DNA of 64,000 nt, from contig CATNEN010000032.1 in NCBI GenBank assembly GCA_950097015.1, positions 930,001 through 994,000 on the forward strand. Direction: 5' to 3'. The number at the start of each line of letters is the position of its first letter. Within the stretch, counting starts at the first letter, position 1. This DNA comes from Macrostomum hystrix (Eukaryota > Animalia > Platyhelminthes). The position numbers and the translations under genes were made by a program. Positions 36,395 through 50,400 of the stretch are shown piece after piece. The notes under the pieces were generated by a model. The model worked only from the letters and a program-made list of their open reading frames with translations, was not told the DNA's origin and made no database searches.

Positions 36395-39300
36395 GGTTAA
36401 TTCATTATATAATTAACACTCAACTTTTTTTACTGGACACTTTGATCAATCATATAAAATATAAAGTTTCAATTACATTTTGACGTAAGAGTTAGCTTGA
36501 CATCCCTAACTGTCGTGCACATACTTAAACCACTGGGTGAATGGCTGCATGCATGCAAGTTCTCCAAACTATACAAAATCTAAACCTATATTTTAGCTAT
36601 AATTTTAGCATAATACAATTTAAAACTTTAGTATTTAAACAGAAAATACTATGATACTAATTATTCAATTCAATTTTCTTCAAATAATACTTTTAATATG
36701 TTAATTTAAATGGTCAGAAAAATGTTAACTATTTTGAACACAACAGGAGGGGATCATAACCCAAAAGTGACAATATCTATGTTTCTTCATTTTCTTGCCC
36801 ATTGTTGCTTTCATTGTTTATGTTCTAGCTTTCATCTGGTATGTTGTAGAGTTTTAATGATGATAGTAAAAACAACACTTCTAGATCTGCATGGCTTTTT
36901 GTTTATTTCAATAGGGATCATATACTAATTACTATATAGGGACCAAATAGTACAAAATTTATAATATTGAATGGAAAGAATGCCTAAAATTATATATTGC
37001 TTAGTATCAAGTTCTTTACTTGGTTATTTTAGAGTGTTTGTTTTACTTGCAAGTAATTGTTTATAAAAAATAAAATAATTAAGATAAACTTTTTTATCAC
37101 TTTATATTTTCTTATTAGCTAATGGTTAGTTTTTTAGCTTAGTTTGGCAAGTATAGGCCTATTTGGATCTAGTTTTGAAAAAAAGGGAAATATAAACAAA
37201 TTATGCATGTTTCTTAATATTTAATGTTAATATGTTAATAATGTTAATAAATAAAGTATATTTATGTCTCCGAGAAGTAAAGCCCTTGTATCTAAAGTAT
37301 CTATATATACAAAGTGTCTATAAGTGCATGAGATGACCCAGGCCACCACATTTCTATATACCAAGCCTACTAGAGCTGATAGTGACTTGCTCCAATGATA
37401 AAAAGAGGTTTACTCATTTTAAAATGCTGTCCATTCTAGTTAATGATCTTATGTGATAAATAATTAGCTCTGGCCATTATTGATGTAGGGTATTGACTTT
37501 CACAAGGGTATTCACTTATGAAAGAGAGCAAGGATTGCTGACTAACTATTATTTTCTGTCTATACTCATGTCTCGCAAAAATTTTGCTCACTTCAAAAAA
37601 GTGATGTTTACTATATAGGTGGTTAGCTACTTAGCAATGATGCTCAAAACATATGTATCAGTTAGTTTGAAGTCATTTTAACAAAACTAAAGCTTTTGTA
37701 ACACAATGCAATTGTAGGTTACGCTAGTTAAATAAAATGCCAGGGACTCTATTGAAAGATGATAAAATATTATGGATTTGGGAAATGGTTCAGCTCAAAT
37801 AGAGTAAAAATTACATATTTTCTTAAGTAATAGTATTTGACTATAACTTACCTGATTCATCTTTATTAATGTATATATCAAATACTGCATGTTGATTTTA
37901 AAATTTATATTAATCTTATTTATCTATATAAATTCTCTAGTTAGTTTGTCTCTTTAGCCTATATCCATCCCACTTGTCTTCTCTATCTTTTTGTCTTTCT
38001 TTGTCCTGTAAACACCTGGAAACCTGAGGAAAAAAACTTTTTTCATTTCAAATTTAAAATGGAATTGCTCCAATATAAACAAGCCACTTGTCCTAATCCC
38101 CCACCAACCTCTAATCTACCAACCCAAGTTATCTAGCAGTAGACCATCTGTTATTCTCCCTGGCCCTGACTCCAGCATGTGGTGGTCTTTGTCATGCACC
38201 ATATATATATATATATGAATGAAAAATAAAGATAACTATTGTATACAATTAGTATAATATTATGTCTAAAGCAAAATTGTATAGTGTAACATTTGTTCTA
38301 GTTTAATTTATTTAATCTAGTTTAATAAAATTTATTATAAATTTATTTTTTATTAATTTATTTAATTTATCTAAGTAACATAGTAGTAAATTTTCAGTCT
38401 TAAAATGCTATCTACTTAATAGTTAACATGATATCTACTTGCTAGCTATGCTAGTGTTCATTCTTCTAATGAATATAATATATATATATGTATTCCTAAA
38501 CATGGTTAGATATTCTATGTTATTCTATTGCTTGGTTCATATGGTGGCAGGGCTAGAAAATTTGCACAAATTTTAGTTTGCACATTGTATGTATTTAATT
38601 AAAAACATGCATTTTGAGGGAGTTATTATTATAAAGCACAATAACAAAGCCCAAGAAATAAAAAAATGCACATTTTATACAACATAAATTATTGATAAAA
38701 ACTATGAGGTTTTTTTTGTCTATGATCACAACCCACAGAGGAATAGAAAATCGACTAAAAATAAATCCCTGTAAAACTTGACTATTGTATCATATAAAAT
38801 CTTGCTATCACAAATATAGTAATAGAAGGCAAATCATATTTGTTTATATTCACACATGGTATCCTTATGCTACTTCCAATTTTATCATCAGCTTAAGCAA
38901 CCATTTAATAGAACTGCTAGTACAAGAAATTTGTTTATAAATTATCTAATTTTCATTATTTGCTATGTCAAGAACTATATTCATAAGTTTTTGTTGTAGC
39001 CTAAATAGAGTAAACTAGACCACACACCCACACACCCTTAATTTTTTCTAACTAGATCTCATAATCATATTAGCTAGTGACAGTACCCAGTGCAAATAAA
39101 TTAATAAAATAATTTCTGTTGAAATCTATTGAGGGTTGTACATTGTTTTATAATTAAATATAATGGCCATTATAACTAGGTAGATGTACTTAAAATTTAT
39201 AGTTTATTTATGGTTAATGGTTGAATTTGACACCCCAAAAGTGTATCTAAAGTTAGTAGGATGTCAGAATTTCTGGTGGGTGTCAGAATTGTTAGTGGGT

Positions 39301-41496
39301 GTCAAAATAGTTGACCTGTGCATGTCAGATAAATAATTGGGTGTCAAATAGGTAGCAGGGTTTTAGAAATGATATTTAAGGTAATTATTGTAAAGACACT
39401 CCAATCATTGCCAGAACAGGTGATGAGTTGCCAAGAGAGGAAGCCATTATTGTCAATTGAATTTCATTGTTTTACTATTAGAAATACGCATATCACTTTG
39501 TATAAGTCTGTATACAGTGTGTGAATTTCCTTATGGTTTATTACGCATTTGTGACTGCCAAGCTGAAGCTTGAGAAGACAGTAGGGCATTTTCGTGTGCA
39601 ATGGATTAGGCAGTATTTTTCCCTATATTAATTTATACGCTTCTCAGTTTCCATTTGCTATTGGAACGCGCACAGCAAGGATTGAGATTTCTTTATAAGG
39701 GCCGGGTGAGAGTAGGTTTGAGCACAGCGATAATGATAGAGAGTGCGTGTCTGCATGCCGGATATTCCTATTCAGACTAGGGACTAAATGGGGGGCCTAC
39801 TAAGTAAGAGAGTGAGGCCTACTAAGTGAGAGAGTGAATGTGAAGAAAAAGTGAGAGACCCTAACCATCATGCCTAAGAGAGGTGCAGGAGGTAAGAATT
39901 GTCGGGGGGATTTTTTTCGGTGTAGAGCCGCGCCGCAGGGGCTTGGGAAATGCTGCCGGCCTGCGGTCTGCCAGGGGAACGGCTTGGAGAGAGGCGGGGA
40001 GAGGAAAAAATGAGAAGAAAGAATGGGAAGAGAAAAAAATGTGAACCAAATAGAGGGGTAGCTGGGAGTCGCGGAGTTGCAGCGGAAGGCGGCGGTGGCA
40101 GCGGCGGCGGCTGACACCAAACTCGACGCAAAAAGGGGAGGGGAAAATAGTCAGGAGGAGTAAAGACTGGCTGAGAATAAGGAAGAAAGCAGGATAGGGA
40201 AGAGAGGACTAACTGGGAAGGGGAGGGGACTAAGTCTAGGAGGCCTTCGCCTACTTTACTCACTGCGCCACCGCCTGGACTTTGGACTAGACCACACACC
40301 CAGCCTCACCGATTCAGTGGTCTCGCATGTAATTTGATGGACCCCGCTTGATAAGGCGAGAGGCTTTTTTGGGAGAGAGAGAGAAAAGGATGAAGGGTAG
40401 GCCAGCTCAGCGGGTTAGTGAGAGGGTTTGAGTTGCGTAGACTGGGATCTGCGAGTGTGGACGAGGGCTAGCTAGGAGAGATGCTTGCCGTCAGGGCGAG
40501 GCAAAGCCAAGTTCGCAGTTTTTTGGGCGGCCCGAATCGGCGGGCATTGGCTGGAGGACGTCGGGAAGTCCAGAAAGGCTCAGAGAGGTAGGGAGAGAGA
40601 GAGAAAGCAAGCGGGAGCAGAAAAAAAATACTGCGGCGGCGGGTGGAGGCTGGAGACCGCGGGAGTAAAGGTCCGGGGTTGAAGGGAGGTTGGGAGCCGG
40701 AGGATGCTTAGGAAGAGTTCTAGAAAAAAGGGCCCAGAGGCGGTCTGCTAGCCCCCCTCCTCTTTCTCTGTCCCGTCTCCTCCTCACCTCCCCTTCCTCA
40801 GACTTTGGGTGACAGGCGAGCGCGCTTGACTTAACCTAGCAGCGGCTTCCCTCTTTTCCTTTCCCTCTTCATACTTACCTCGATTCACCAATTTTCCTTG
40901 AAGTTAAGCTAAAGTAGTTCTCTTGTCTATCTTTCTCCTATGTCTAGTTAAGCAGCTTTTTTGTTCTACTTTGATTTTTGGTAATGCCATCACGTGCAAA
41001 GGGGACGCGGCATTTAGTGAGACATCTAGGCCCGGCCTGGCACTAGAGCAAACCGTTCGAAATTGGCCACGCATTAAAAGTGCAGACTAAGGCTGCTGCT
41101 AAAGCAAAGCAAACAAAGCCGTACATGACTCTGGCTCCGCTGGCTTCGGCTAAATTTGCCGCCACCGCCGTCGCTTTTCAGCGACTGAGCGCCAGCCGCC
41201 TAAAGCAGCTGCCGGCGCCAGCGGCTGCAAGATTAGCGGCCAAAGACCAGCAGCAGCCGATGCCGCGGTCTGCGGCGCCCAATGCAGCGCCCGAGATCCT
41301 CCGCGTCAGCAGCAGGCACCACCGCAGCCGGCGCCGCCGCCACTGCCGCCGCCTCCTCCATTCCGCCCTAGTCGATTTGTTTTGACGCAGTCGCGGTCCC
41401 GAATTCTCTGACCTTCTCTAGCCTTTTTCTCGGCCCCAAATCGGTCCTCAGTTTTGCTTCCCACCCCAGCCGGTGGGAAGGGCGGCCGCGGTCGGT

Positions 41497-44400
41497 ATGC
41501 GGCGCAGTCGTCGATTCAATTCGTCGTCTTTGTCTTCGAGATCCGTTGCCGTTCGGCTCTGTCTACTAGCCTGCGCGTTTGCCGCCACTGCGGCCGCCGT
41601 GGCCGCCGCATCCCCGGGTCCTGGCCCGGCCGCCGACGCCTTCTTAGCCGCCGTGCTCTCCCTCGGCCCGTCGACAAATAGTCGAAATCGTCGAAGCGCC
41701 GTCGTCCAGCAGGTTGGCCGGAAAAATCCCGTCGAACTGACGCATCGATTCATCAACAGCCTGGGCCTCTGTCCGAGCGGTAGCAACAGCAGCAGCAGCT
41801 CGGCAGACTTTTCCGCTATCGCCTCCCGCCTCGAAGCGCTCTCGTCCGCTTGGCTTCGCCTGCCCCACTGCGGCCACCTGTCCTTAGCCAGCGTCCTGCC
41901 AATGTTCCCCAGGCCGGCGGACGGCCGGGACGCCGATCAACTGCCCGGCCTGTCTGGCAGCGCCGACCCGTCCGCTCGGTTCGATTCGTGGGTGCCGGCT
42001 GGCGGCTGTTCCGCGCTTCTTCTTGAACCGGCGGCTGCCATTCAAGCCCTGCTGTCGGCTGCCTCCGCCACCTCCTCCGTTACAACTGCAACTAGCCACA
42101 GTTCGACTGCGACACCTCCGACATTAGTTGCTTCTACTGCTGCTGCTGCCACTCAACCTACAATGGCCTTCAATGCCACCGGCAGCGCCAACCCCGGCTC
42201 CTTCATCAACGAGGATAGTCCGCTGCAGCCGCCGCCACCCTCCTCTTCGTTGTCGTCGTCCCCTTTGATTTTCTGGTCCGCCTCCGATCAGCCGGCGGAG
42301 CAGTCGGCAGCCGCTGCGGCAGCTAATCTATCCCGCCTGGCGTGCCAGTGCGCCCAGGCAGTCCTGGCCAGGGCCGCCCGGCTCGGCTCCGTGTCCGCTC
42401 ATTTCAACGGCCTGCTCAGCCAGATGTACTTCAAGGCGCGCTCAGCCGAGACTCCGGAACACCTGGAAGGATTGAAGCTCTGTCGGGTAAGTGTGTTTTG
42501 TTACATACTATTGCTATGTCTGTCTGATGCAGGCAGGAAGTTAGCAAATCTTAACCCGTCAACAACAGGATGGGTCAATTTGTGTTAAAATATTATAAAT
42601 GCAGTGACTGAGATGGTTCTGACTTGCAGCGGATATTGTATTAAGTATTAAGTATTAATATTATGTATCTGTCTCTCTAAGTCATTCGATAAATAGCGGT
42701 TGACACACCCAGGCCTCTCCCGTTGCTAATAGCAACCATACAACGCTTAACCTCTTATCCTTCCGAGCATCTTTCCCTCCTCTGTCATTAGATGCCTTTT
42801 TCATTGAAGTTCAACTGTTTCAACGGCGTCCTAAAATTTCTTTTGGCGTTAATTAAAAGCCCATTAACCTTCTCGACTTCTGATAGTTTGGCTGGTAATT
42901 AAGAGAGACGTGGCTTTAAATCTCATTCCAATACCCTCAGAGGCCGCAAGTTGTGAACCCAAATTTTTGTTTTGCTATAAATGGCAGACGAACGAACTTA
43001 ACACGAAACGGCACCAACTAAAAGCGGCTGCAGTTAATTCGCATTAATTGCAAATCTCGTTTGTGGAATCGCAGCATTGATCGGAAATGGCAGTTGTGAA
43101 ATGGCAGCATTGATCGGAAATGGCAGTTGTGAAATGGCAGCATTGATCGGAAATGGCAGTTGTGAAATGGCAGCATTGATCGAAAATGGCAGCATTGATC
43201 GGAAATGGCAGCATTGATCGGAAATGGCAGTATTGATCGAAAATGGCAGCATTGATCGGAAATGGCAGTTGTGAAATTGCAGCATTGATCGGAAATGGCA
43301 GTTGTGAAATTGCAGTATTGATCAGAAATGGCAGTTGTGAAATGGCAGTATTGATCGGAAATGGCAGTTGTGAAATGGCAGCATTGATCGGAAATGGCAG
43401 TTGTGAAATGGCAGTATTGATCGGAAATGGCAGTTGTGAAATGGTAGTATTGATCGGAAATGGCAGTATTGATCGGAAATTGCAGAATTGATCGGAAATG
43501 GCAGCACTGATCGGAAATGGCAGCATTGATCGGAAATGGCAGCATTGATCGGAAATGGCAGTATTGATCGGAAATGGCAGCACTGATCGGAAATGGCAGC
43601 ACTGATCGGAAATGGCAGCATTGATCGGAAATGGCAGCATTGATCGGAAATGGCAGTATTGATCGGAAATGGCAGCATTGATCGGAAATGGCAGTTGTGA
43701 AATGGCAGTATTGATCGGAAATGGCAGTATTGATCGGAAATTGCAGAATTGATCGGAAATGGCAGCACTGATCGGAAATGGCAGCATTGATCGTAAATGG
43801 CAGCATTGATCGGAAATGGCAGCATTGATCGGAAATGGCAGTATTGATCGGAAATGGCAGCATTGGTCGGAAATGGCAGTTGTGAAATGGCAGTATTGAT
43901 CGGAAATGGCAGTATTGATCGGAAATTGCAGCATTGATCGGAAATAGCAGTTGTGAAATGGCATTAACTAAAAATGGCAGTTCAGGATTGGCATTGATTG
44001 AAACTATCATTGGTGTGAAGTAAGCATAGAAAGCATTAAGCAAAAAATGGCGCTTTTAATGTTTACTATTTTCGTAGAATTACGGACCCGTATAAGTTGA
44101 GAATTTGCTACTCAGCTCGCAAGTGTTTCCAGTGATGAGTCATTCAGTAAATGATTCTCTCGCGGCCCAGCTTAAGTAACTAAGTGAAAGTGAAAGTAAG
44201 AGGAGGCAGCGGCGGCGGCTTCTATGGAGGTGCCGCTGTTTGAGCTTTTCAATCAAGAATTGTCGGCCAAGGAAGGAGTGTGCGAGAGAAAAGGCAGACA
44301 GACAGACAGGGAGGGCGGTCCTTTGCTCAACTGATGGAGATGAGCGGGCGGATGGGATGCTAGTGTAGGAACTTTTCTCTAACCCAAAATTCTCATCTCG

Positions 44401-47400
44401 CGTTTTCGCTTCTTCAACTTCTCTTTTATTATTCTATAGAGAGGAAGAGGGGGTTGGACGGTGAAGAAGGGATGAGTGAGGGACCAGAGATGGATAAGGG
44501 TGGCGTGCAACCGAGCTAGAAGGGGCCGCGGGTTGCGGCTTGGACTGCGAAACGAAAAAGGAGACGAAGCGAATGAGTAATTGACGCGCACTGCCACCCG
44601 CTTATTCTCTTGGTGGACGGGATCGTAGGCAAAATAACTGCATCGCTTCACTCTCTTTTTGGGGGCTGGTACTGCGGTTGGAGGAGATAATCCCACACTC
44701 CGCTAGGCCCTTCTATATCCTCTCCTTTCTATCCTCAGAATCTCCGCTTTTCTATATTTCATCTTCCTAGTTTTATAATAAAATGCCTCAGTGTGTGTGT
44801 GTGTGTGTCTGTGTGTGTAGAATCTTTCTATCCACCTTGTCCACCGCAATGTCTGGCATTTGGCATGCATTCTGGCAAGTTTGTCCGACAGAAACAGATG
44901 AGGTGTTGGCTATCTCTGCTAGCATGCCGGCATTGAGCACACTGAGGACACAGGCATTGAGGTCTCTAGGTGGTCCTCTGCTCAGCCTGTCCGGGTCCTG
45001 TGGTCTATGTGACATTGTGCTGTGTGTAAGAGTTGTGAATTGTACTCTACTGCTTTGGATCTCGTCATATCGTCAGAGATTGTGTTATCATATAAAAAAT
45101 GATAGCGTTGTCCTCATTCGCAATGATCCACTTATTGGGTTTGCCCTCTGGATCGCTTAGTCTGATTAATCCTGGACTAGCTCCTAGCCTCATTTGGGCG
45201 CCAATCTTTTTCATCGCTAGCGCTGGTCCTCCTTGTTTGCTTGTACTATTAATGCGACTTTCCGCTTCGTGAACTGCCTTTAGTGAGCCCACTTAGGTCT
45301 GCGGTTGCGGGGGAGTTAGAAGAAAGCCTATGAAGAAAGCCTGTGACAGAATATGCTGGGTTGGGTGGGTTGGCAGTGAGGCAAGGAACTTTTTAAAGTC
45401 TAAATTTCTCTCTCAAGCATATCTCGCCATGCGTGAGAATTCTCATTGGACTACGTTGTTGAGTGAGAGTGCGTGTGCGCGCCTGTGTGGCGTGGCGAAA
45501 TGAGAAAACGTCAAACGAAAAGCTGACGAATTGGAAGGTGATGATAAAAATAAATTGCTTGACTGTTTCAATTAGCTTTTCCATTGCGCTGCTATTTCTT
45601 GTTTAGCTGTGTTCTGCATTTAACACCTCGGTGTGTAGTATAACTCTTGACAAGCTTTCCATTGCTGCAATGATTGACAGCCGACTCAAGCAAATGAAGC
45701 TGAGGGTGACAGTAGCAGCCAACTAAAGCATCTGAGGGTGACAATAGCAGCCAACTGAAGCATCTGAGGGTGACAGTAGCAGCCAACTAAAGCATCTGAG
45801 GGTGACAATAGCAGCCAACTGAAGCATCTGAGGGTGACAATAGCAGCCAACTAAAGCATCTGAGGGTGACAATAGCAGCCAACTGAAGCATCTGAGTGTG
45901 ACAATAGCAGCCAACTGAAGCATCTGAGGGTGACAGTAGCAGCCAACTAAAGCATCTGAGGGTGACGATTGCAGCCAACTGAAGCATCTGAGGGTGACAA
46001 TAGCAGCCAACTGATGCATCTGAGGGTGACAGTAGCAGCCAACTGAAGCATCTGAGGGTGACAATAGCAGCCAACTGAAGCATCTGAGGGTGACAGTAGC
46101 AGCCAACTGAAGCATATGAGGGTGACAATGGCAGCCAACTGAAGCATCTGAGGGTGACAGTAGCAGCCAACTAAAGCATCTGAGGGTGACAATAGCAGCC
46201 AACTGAAGCATCTGAGGGTGACAGTAGCAGCCAACTAAAGCATCTGAGGGTGACAATAGCAGCCAACTGAAGCATCTGAGGGTGACAATAGCAGCCAACT
46301 AAAGCATCTGAGGGTGACAATAGCAGCCAACTGAAGCATCTGAGGGTGACAATAGCAGCCAACTGAAGCATCTGAGGGTGACAGTAGCAGCCAACTAAAG
46401 CATCTGAGGGTGACGATTGCAGCCAACTGAAGCATCTGAGGGTGACAATAGCAGCCAACTGATGCATCTGAGGGTGACAGTAGCAGCCAACTGAAGCATC
46501 TGAGGGTGACAATAGCAGCCAACTGAAGCATCTGAGGGTGACAGTAGCAGCCAACTGATGCATATGAGGGTGACAATAGCAGCCAACTGATGCATCTGAG
46601 GGTGACAGTAGCAGCCAACTGAAGCATCTGAGGGTGACAGTAGCTGCCAACTGAAGCATCTGAGGGTGACAGTAGCTGCCAACTGAAGCATCTGAGGGTG
46701 ACAATTGTAGCCAACTGATGCATCTGAGGGTGGCAATTGTAGCCAACTGAAGCATCTGAGGGTGACGATTGCAGCCAACTGAAGCATCTGAGGGTGACAA
46801 TTGCAGCCAACTGAAGCATATGAGGGTGACAATAGCAGCCAACTGAAGCATCTGAGGGTGACAATTGCAGCCAACTGAAGCATATGAGGGTGACAATAGC
46901 AGCCAACTGAAGCATCTGAGGGTGACGATTGCAGCCAACTGAAGCATATGAGGGTGACAATAGCAGCCAACTGAAGCATCTGAGGGTGACAGTAGCAGCC
47001 AACTGAAGCATCTGAGGGTGACGATTGCAGCCAACTGAAGCATATGAGGGTGACAATGGCAGCCAACTGAAGCATCTGAGGGTGACATTTGCAGCCAACT
47101 GAAGCATATGAGGGTGACGATTGCAGCCAACTGAAGCATATGAGGGTGACAATAGCAGCCAACTGAAGCATCTGAGGGTGACGATTGCAGCCAACTGAAG
47201 CATATGAGGGTGACAATGGCAGCCAACTGAAGCATCTGATGGCAAAGGTAATTGGCTGACCTGTTAAGGTAGCAGCAGCAAGAGCAGCAAGCTGAACAAC
47301 AAAAAATGGTGATGCTACGAGTTCGCTAATTGTCCCTTTATTGACTTTTGATTTGACTTTTGTCATTAGGATCTCAATAAAACTGTGGGGAACACTAAGC

Positions 47401-50400
47401 GGCTTAAGATGTGAACTGTGTGGTTGGAATCTGAGCAGGTCCCCTCGCCCAATTCGTGCGCTCCTCTAACCCTAATAGCCTCCCCCTCCCGCCCTGCTCT
47501 CCGGCCTGCGCTGACTACTGAGCCTACTACTGCCTATCCCATTAGGCCTTAATGCGGATTGAATTAGTAGCGGCCGCAAGTTTAGTTCACTGCACTCTAA
47601 GCCCGCCTCTTGCTTATTCGGCAGTCCTACTGCTGGCTAAGCAAACTGCATCATAAAGAGAACCACGAGCTTAATGATATTCGTATGCAAGCAAGTATTG
47701 GAGGATCTCAGAGCTCTGTACCAACACACAACTGCAGAGCTCTGTACCAACACACAACTGCAGAGCTCTGTACCAACACAACTGCAGAGCTCTGTACCAA
47801 CACAACTGCAGAGCTCTGTACCAACACACAACTGCAGAGCTCTGTACCAACACAACTGCAGAGCTCTGTACCAACACAACTACAGAGCTCTGTACCAACA
47901 CAACTGCAGAGCTCTGTACCAACACACAACTGCAGAGCTCTGTACCAACACACAGCTGCAGAGCTCTGTACCAACACAACTGCAGAGCTCTGTACCAACA
48001 CACAACTGCAGAGCTCTGTACCAACACAACTGCAGAGCTCTGTACCAACACACAACTGCAGAGCTCTGTATCAACACACAGCTGCACAATTCAACTATAA
48101 TTTTTTGCCTGGCCGCGTACTCAATTCAACACTTTGCCATGTTAATGGGGCGCCCATTTGTTAACATCAGCTCATCATGAGTCTTGTAGCTACATCTCTG
48201 GCACATTTCTATACTTTTCACCCACTTTCAGCAGCCCAGACCTGCTCCAGTAATTGCTTTAGGTTGGAACTTTCTCCTAGCGCAGATCTGACCTTCACCT
48301 TGACCTTGAGTGTCCGTCCAGCAGACACGTATTTGGGATAGACTATTTGGAATTTAAGCTCCAGCTCCTCCCATCCCTGCCCTGCGCTGAGCTGGCTGGC
48401 CTGCAAGCTAGAGTGAAGTCGTTAGCTTAAGCCTCGGTTGGCGTTCCCGATTTCCTTATTTTTCATTCGAGCAGAGCCAACTCTTTAAGCTCCACTGAGT
48501 CCTTCGCTCGCTCTCTGCCCTCCTGCTCTGCTCTCTCTCCTGTGTCCTATTTGCTTTTGTGTTGCTAAAAGCCTGAAGCAGGCCACTCCAGACCCGCAAC
48601 CACCCGCCGGCCTACTGATGTCCGCCGCTGTGTTTGGATTAAAACTTTTATCCAACTATTGGCCTTCCTTGTTTTTGGCTTATGAACCTTTTCATTTACC
48701 GATAATTTTATTTATGTGTAGTGTGTAGTGACCATTAAATAAATTACGGGTTATCACTGAACCAGGCGCTTGGTCGCTCTGGCACTGGTGGCGTTACTCG
48801 GTGAATGCGATTTCATGCAATAAATTGAGTCTTCGCAGTAAAAGACCGACTGAATTTGGCTCGAATCGTAAGTCATATGCGATCGCAGGAGCGCAGGCGG
48901 GTGCCCTGGCACAGGCAGTTAAAAAACAGCTACCTGGGGTAGTGGGGCAGGTGTACAAACCACCAAAGTCAAGCCAACAGCGCGTAGGGAGGGGTAGGGT
49001 TGTACGCACTGGCCGGATTGACGGGAAAAGCAACACTGAGCTGATTGGCGAGAGGGGCAAAGCCACGCAGGGCTGGGGTAAGGGTTAACAGACAACGCCA
49101 GCGCCCAGCCAATCAGGTGGCGGCACAGGGCACAAAGAGCAGGGGCTGGGGAGGAGGGTGAGAGAGGGCGAGGCCAAGGCCGAGCCAACCAAACCGGCCT
49201 GAAACACCGGCTTTGTCGGGCAGTCGACAATGTCCAACCGCCTCAGGAACACAGACACTACTCGTACATGTGGTTAAAATGTAGCCTCTGTAGTTAAAAT
49301 GTCGTGGAAAATTATTGGTTGTGTAATAGCTAATAAGTTCAGCGGAAAAATGTGATTTTTCAACATTGCCTTCAGGCCGCCTACTCCGGCTGGCTATGCT
49401 CGGTGTACTTCTCAGTGCACAACACCTCTAGAGAGGCCTGGCAGCTGGAGGCCATCAAAGGTCGCTTCGCCGAGGCGGCCAAAGTGGCTCTCATGAAGCC
49501 CTGTCCGGACTGGTGCCAGGCGGTGGAGACCGAGTGTCCCTATGTGGCGCCGTCAGAGGACGTGTCAAATTCTGGCGAGCCGCTCTTCCTGTGTCACGGT
49601 GAGTTCGGCTAGTGCTCACTGCCTGCTAGTGCTCCCTGCCTGCTAGTGCTCCCTGCCTGCTAGTGCTCACTGCCTGCTAGTGCTCACTGCCTGCTAGTGC
49701 TCACTGCCTGCTAGTGCTCCCTGCCTGCTAGTGCTCCCTGCCTGCTAGTGCTCACTGCCTGCTAGTGCTCCCTGCCTGCTAGTGCTCACTGCCTGCTAGT
49801 TCTCACTGCCTGCTAGTGCTCACTGCCTGCTAGTGCTCCCTGCCTGCTAGTGCTCACTGCCTGCTAGTGCTCACTGCCTGCTAGTGCTCACTGCCTGCTA
49901 GTGCTCACTGCCTGCTAGTGCTCCCTGCCTGCTAGTGCTCCCTGCCTGCTAGTGCTCACCGCCCGTGACTTGATCGTCACTTGCAATATGCTTTTCTCAT
50001 CCCTTTCTGTCTCATTGTCTCACCCTTCTGTCTCATATTCTCACCCTTCTGTCTCATAGTCTCACCCTTCTGTCTCATTGTCTCACCCTTCTGTCTCATA
50101 TTCTCACCCTTCTGTCTCATAGTCTCACCCTTCTGTCTCATTGTCTCACCCTTCTGTCTCATAGACTCACCCTTCTGTCTCATTGTCTCACTCTTCTGTC
50201 TCATAGTCTCACCCTTCTTTCTCATAGTCTCACCCTTCTCTCTCATAGTCTCAGCCTTCTTTCTAGAGTCTCACCCTTCTGTCTCATGATTTCTCTTTTA
50301 TTTCTAACCAGCAATCATTCATCTCACCCTGTAATTGTCTCAGATCTTACTGCTCTCAATCCCCTATTTGTCTAAGCTTCTAGTAATCGCTTCTCGCAGT

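Noticed and set aside
34900-39500. AT-rich 4.6-kb stretch with short ORFs
   Set aside because: No coding signature, splice-compatible exons or repeats were found apart from the MITE at 36169.
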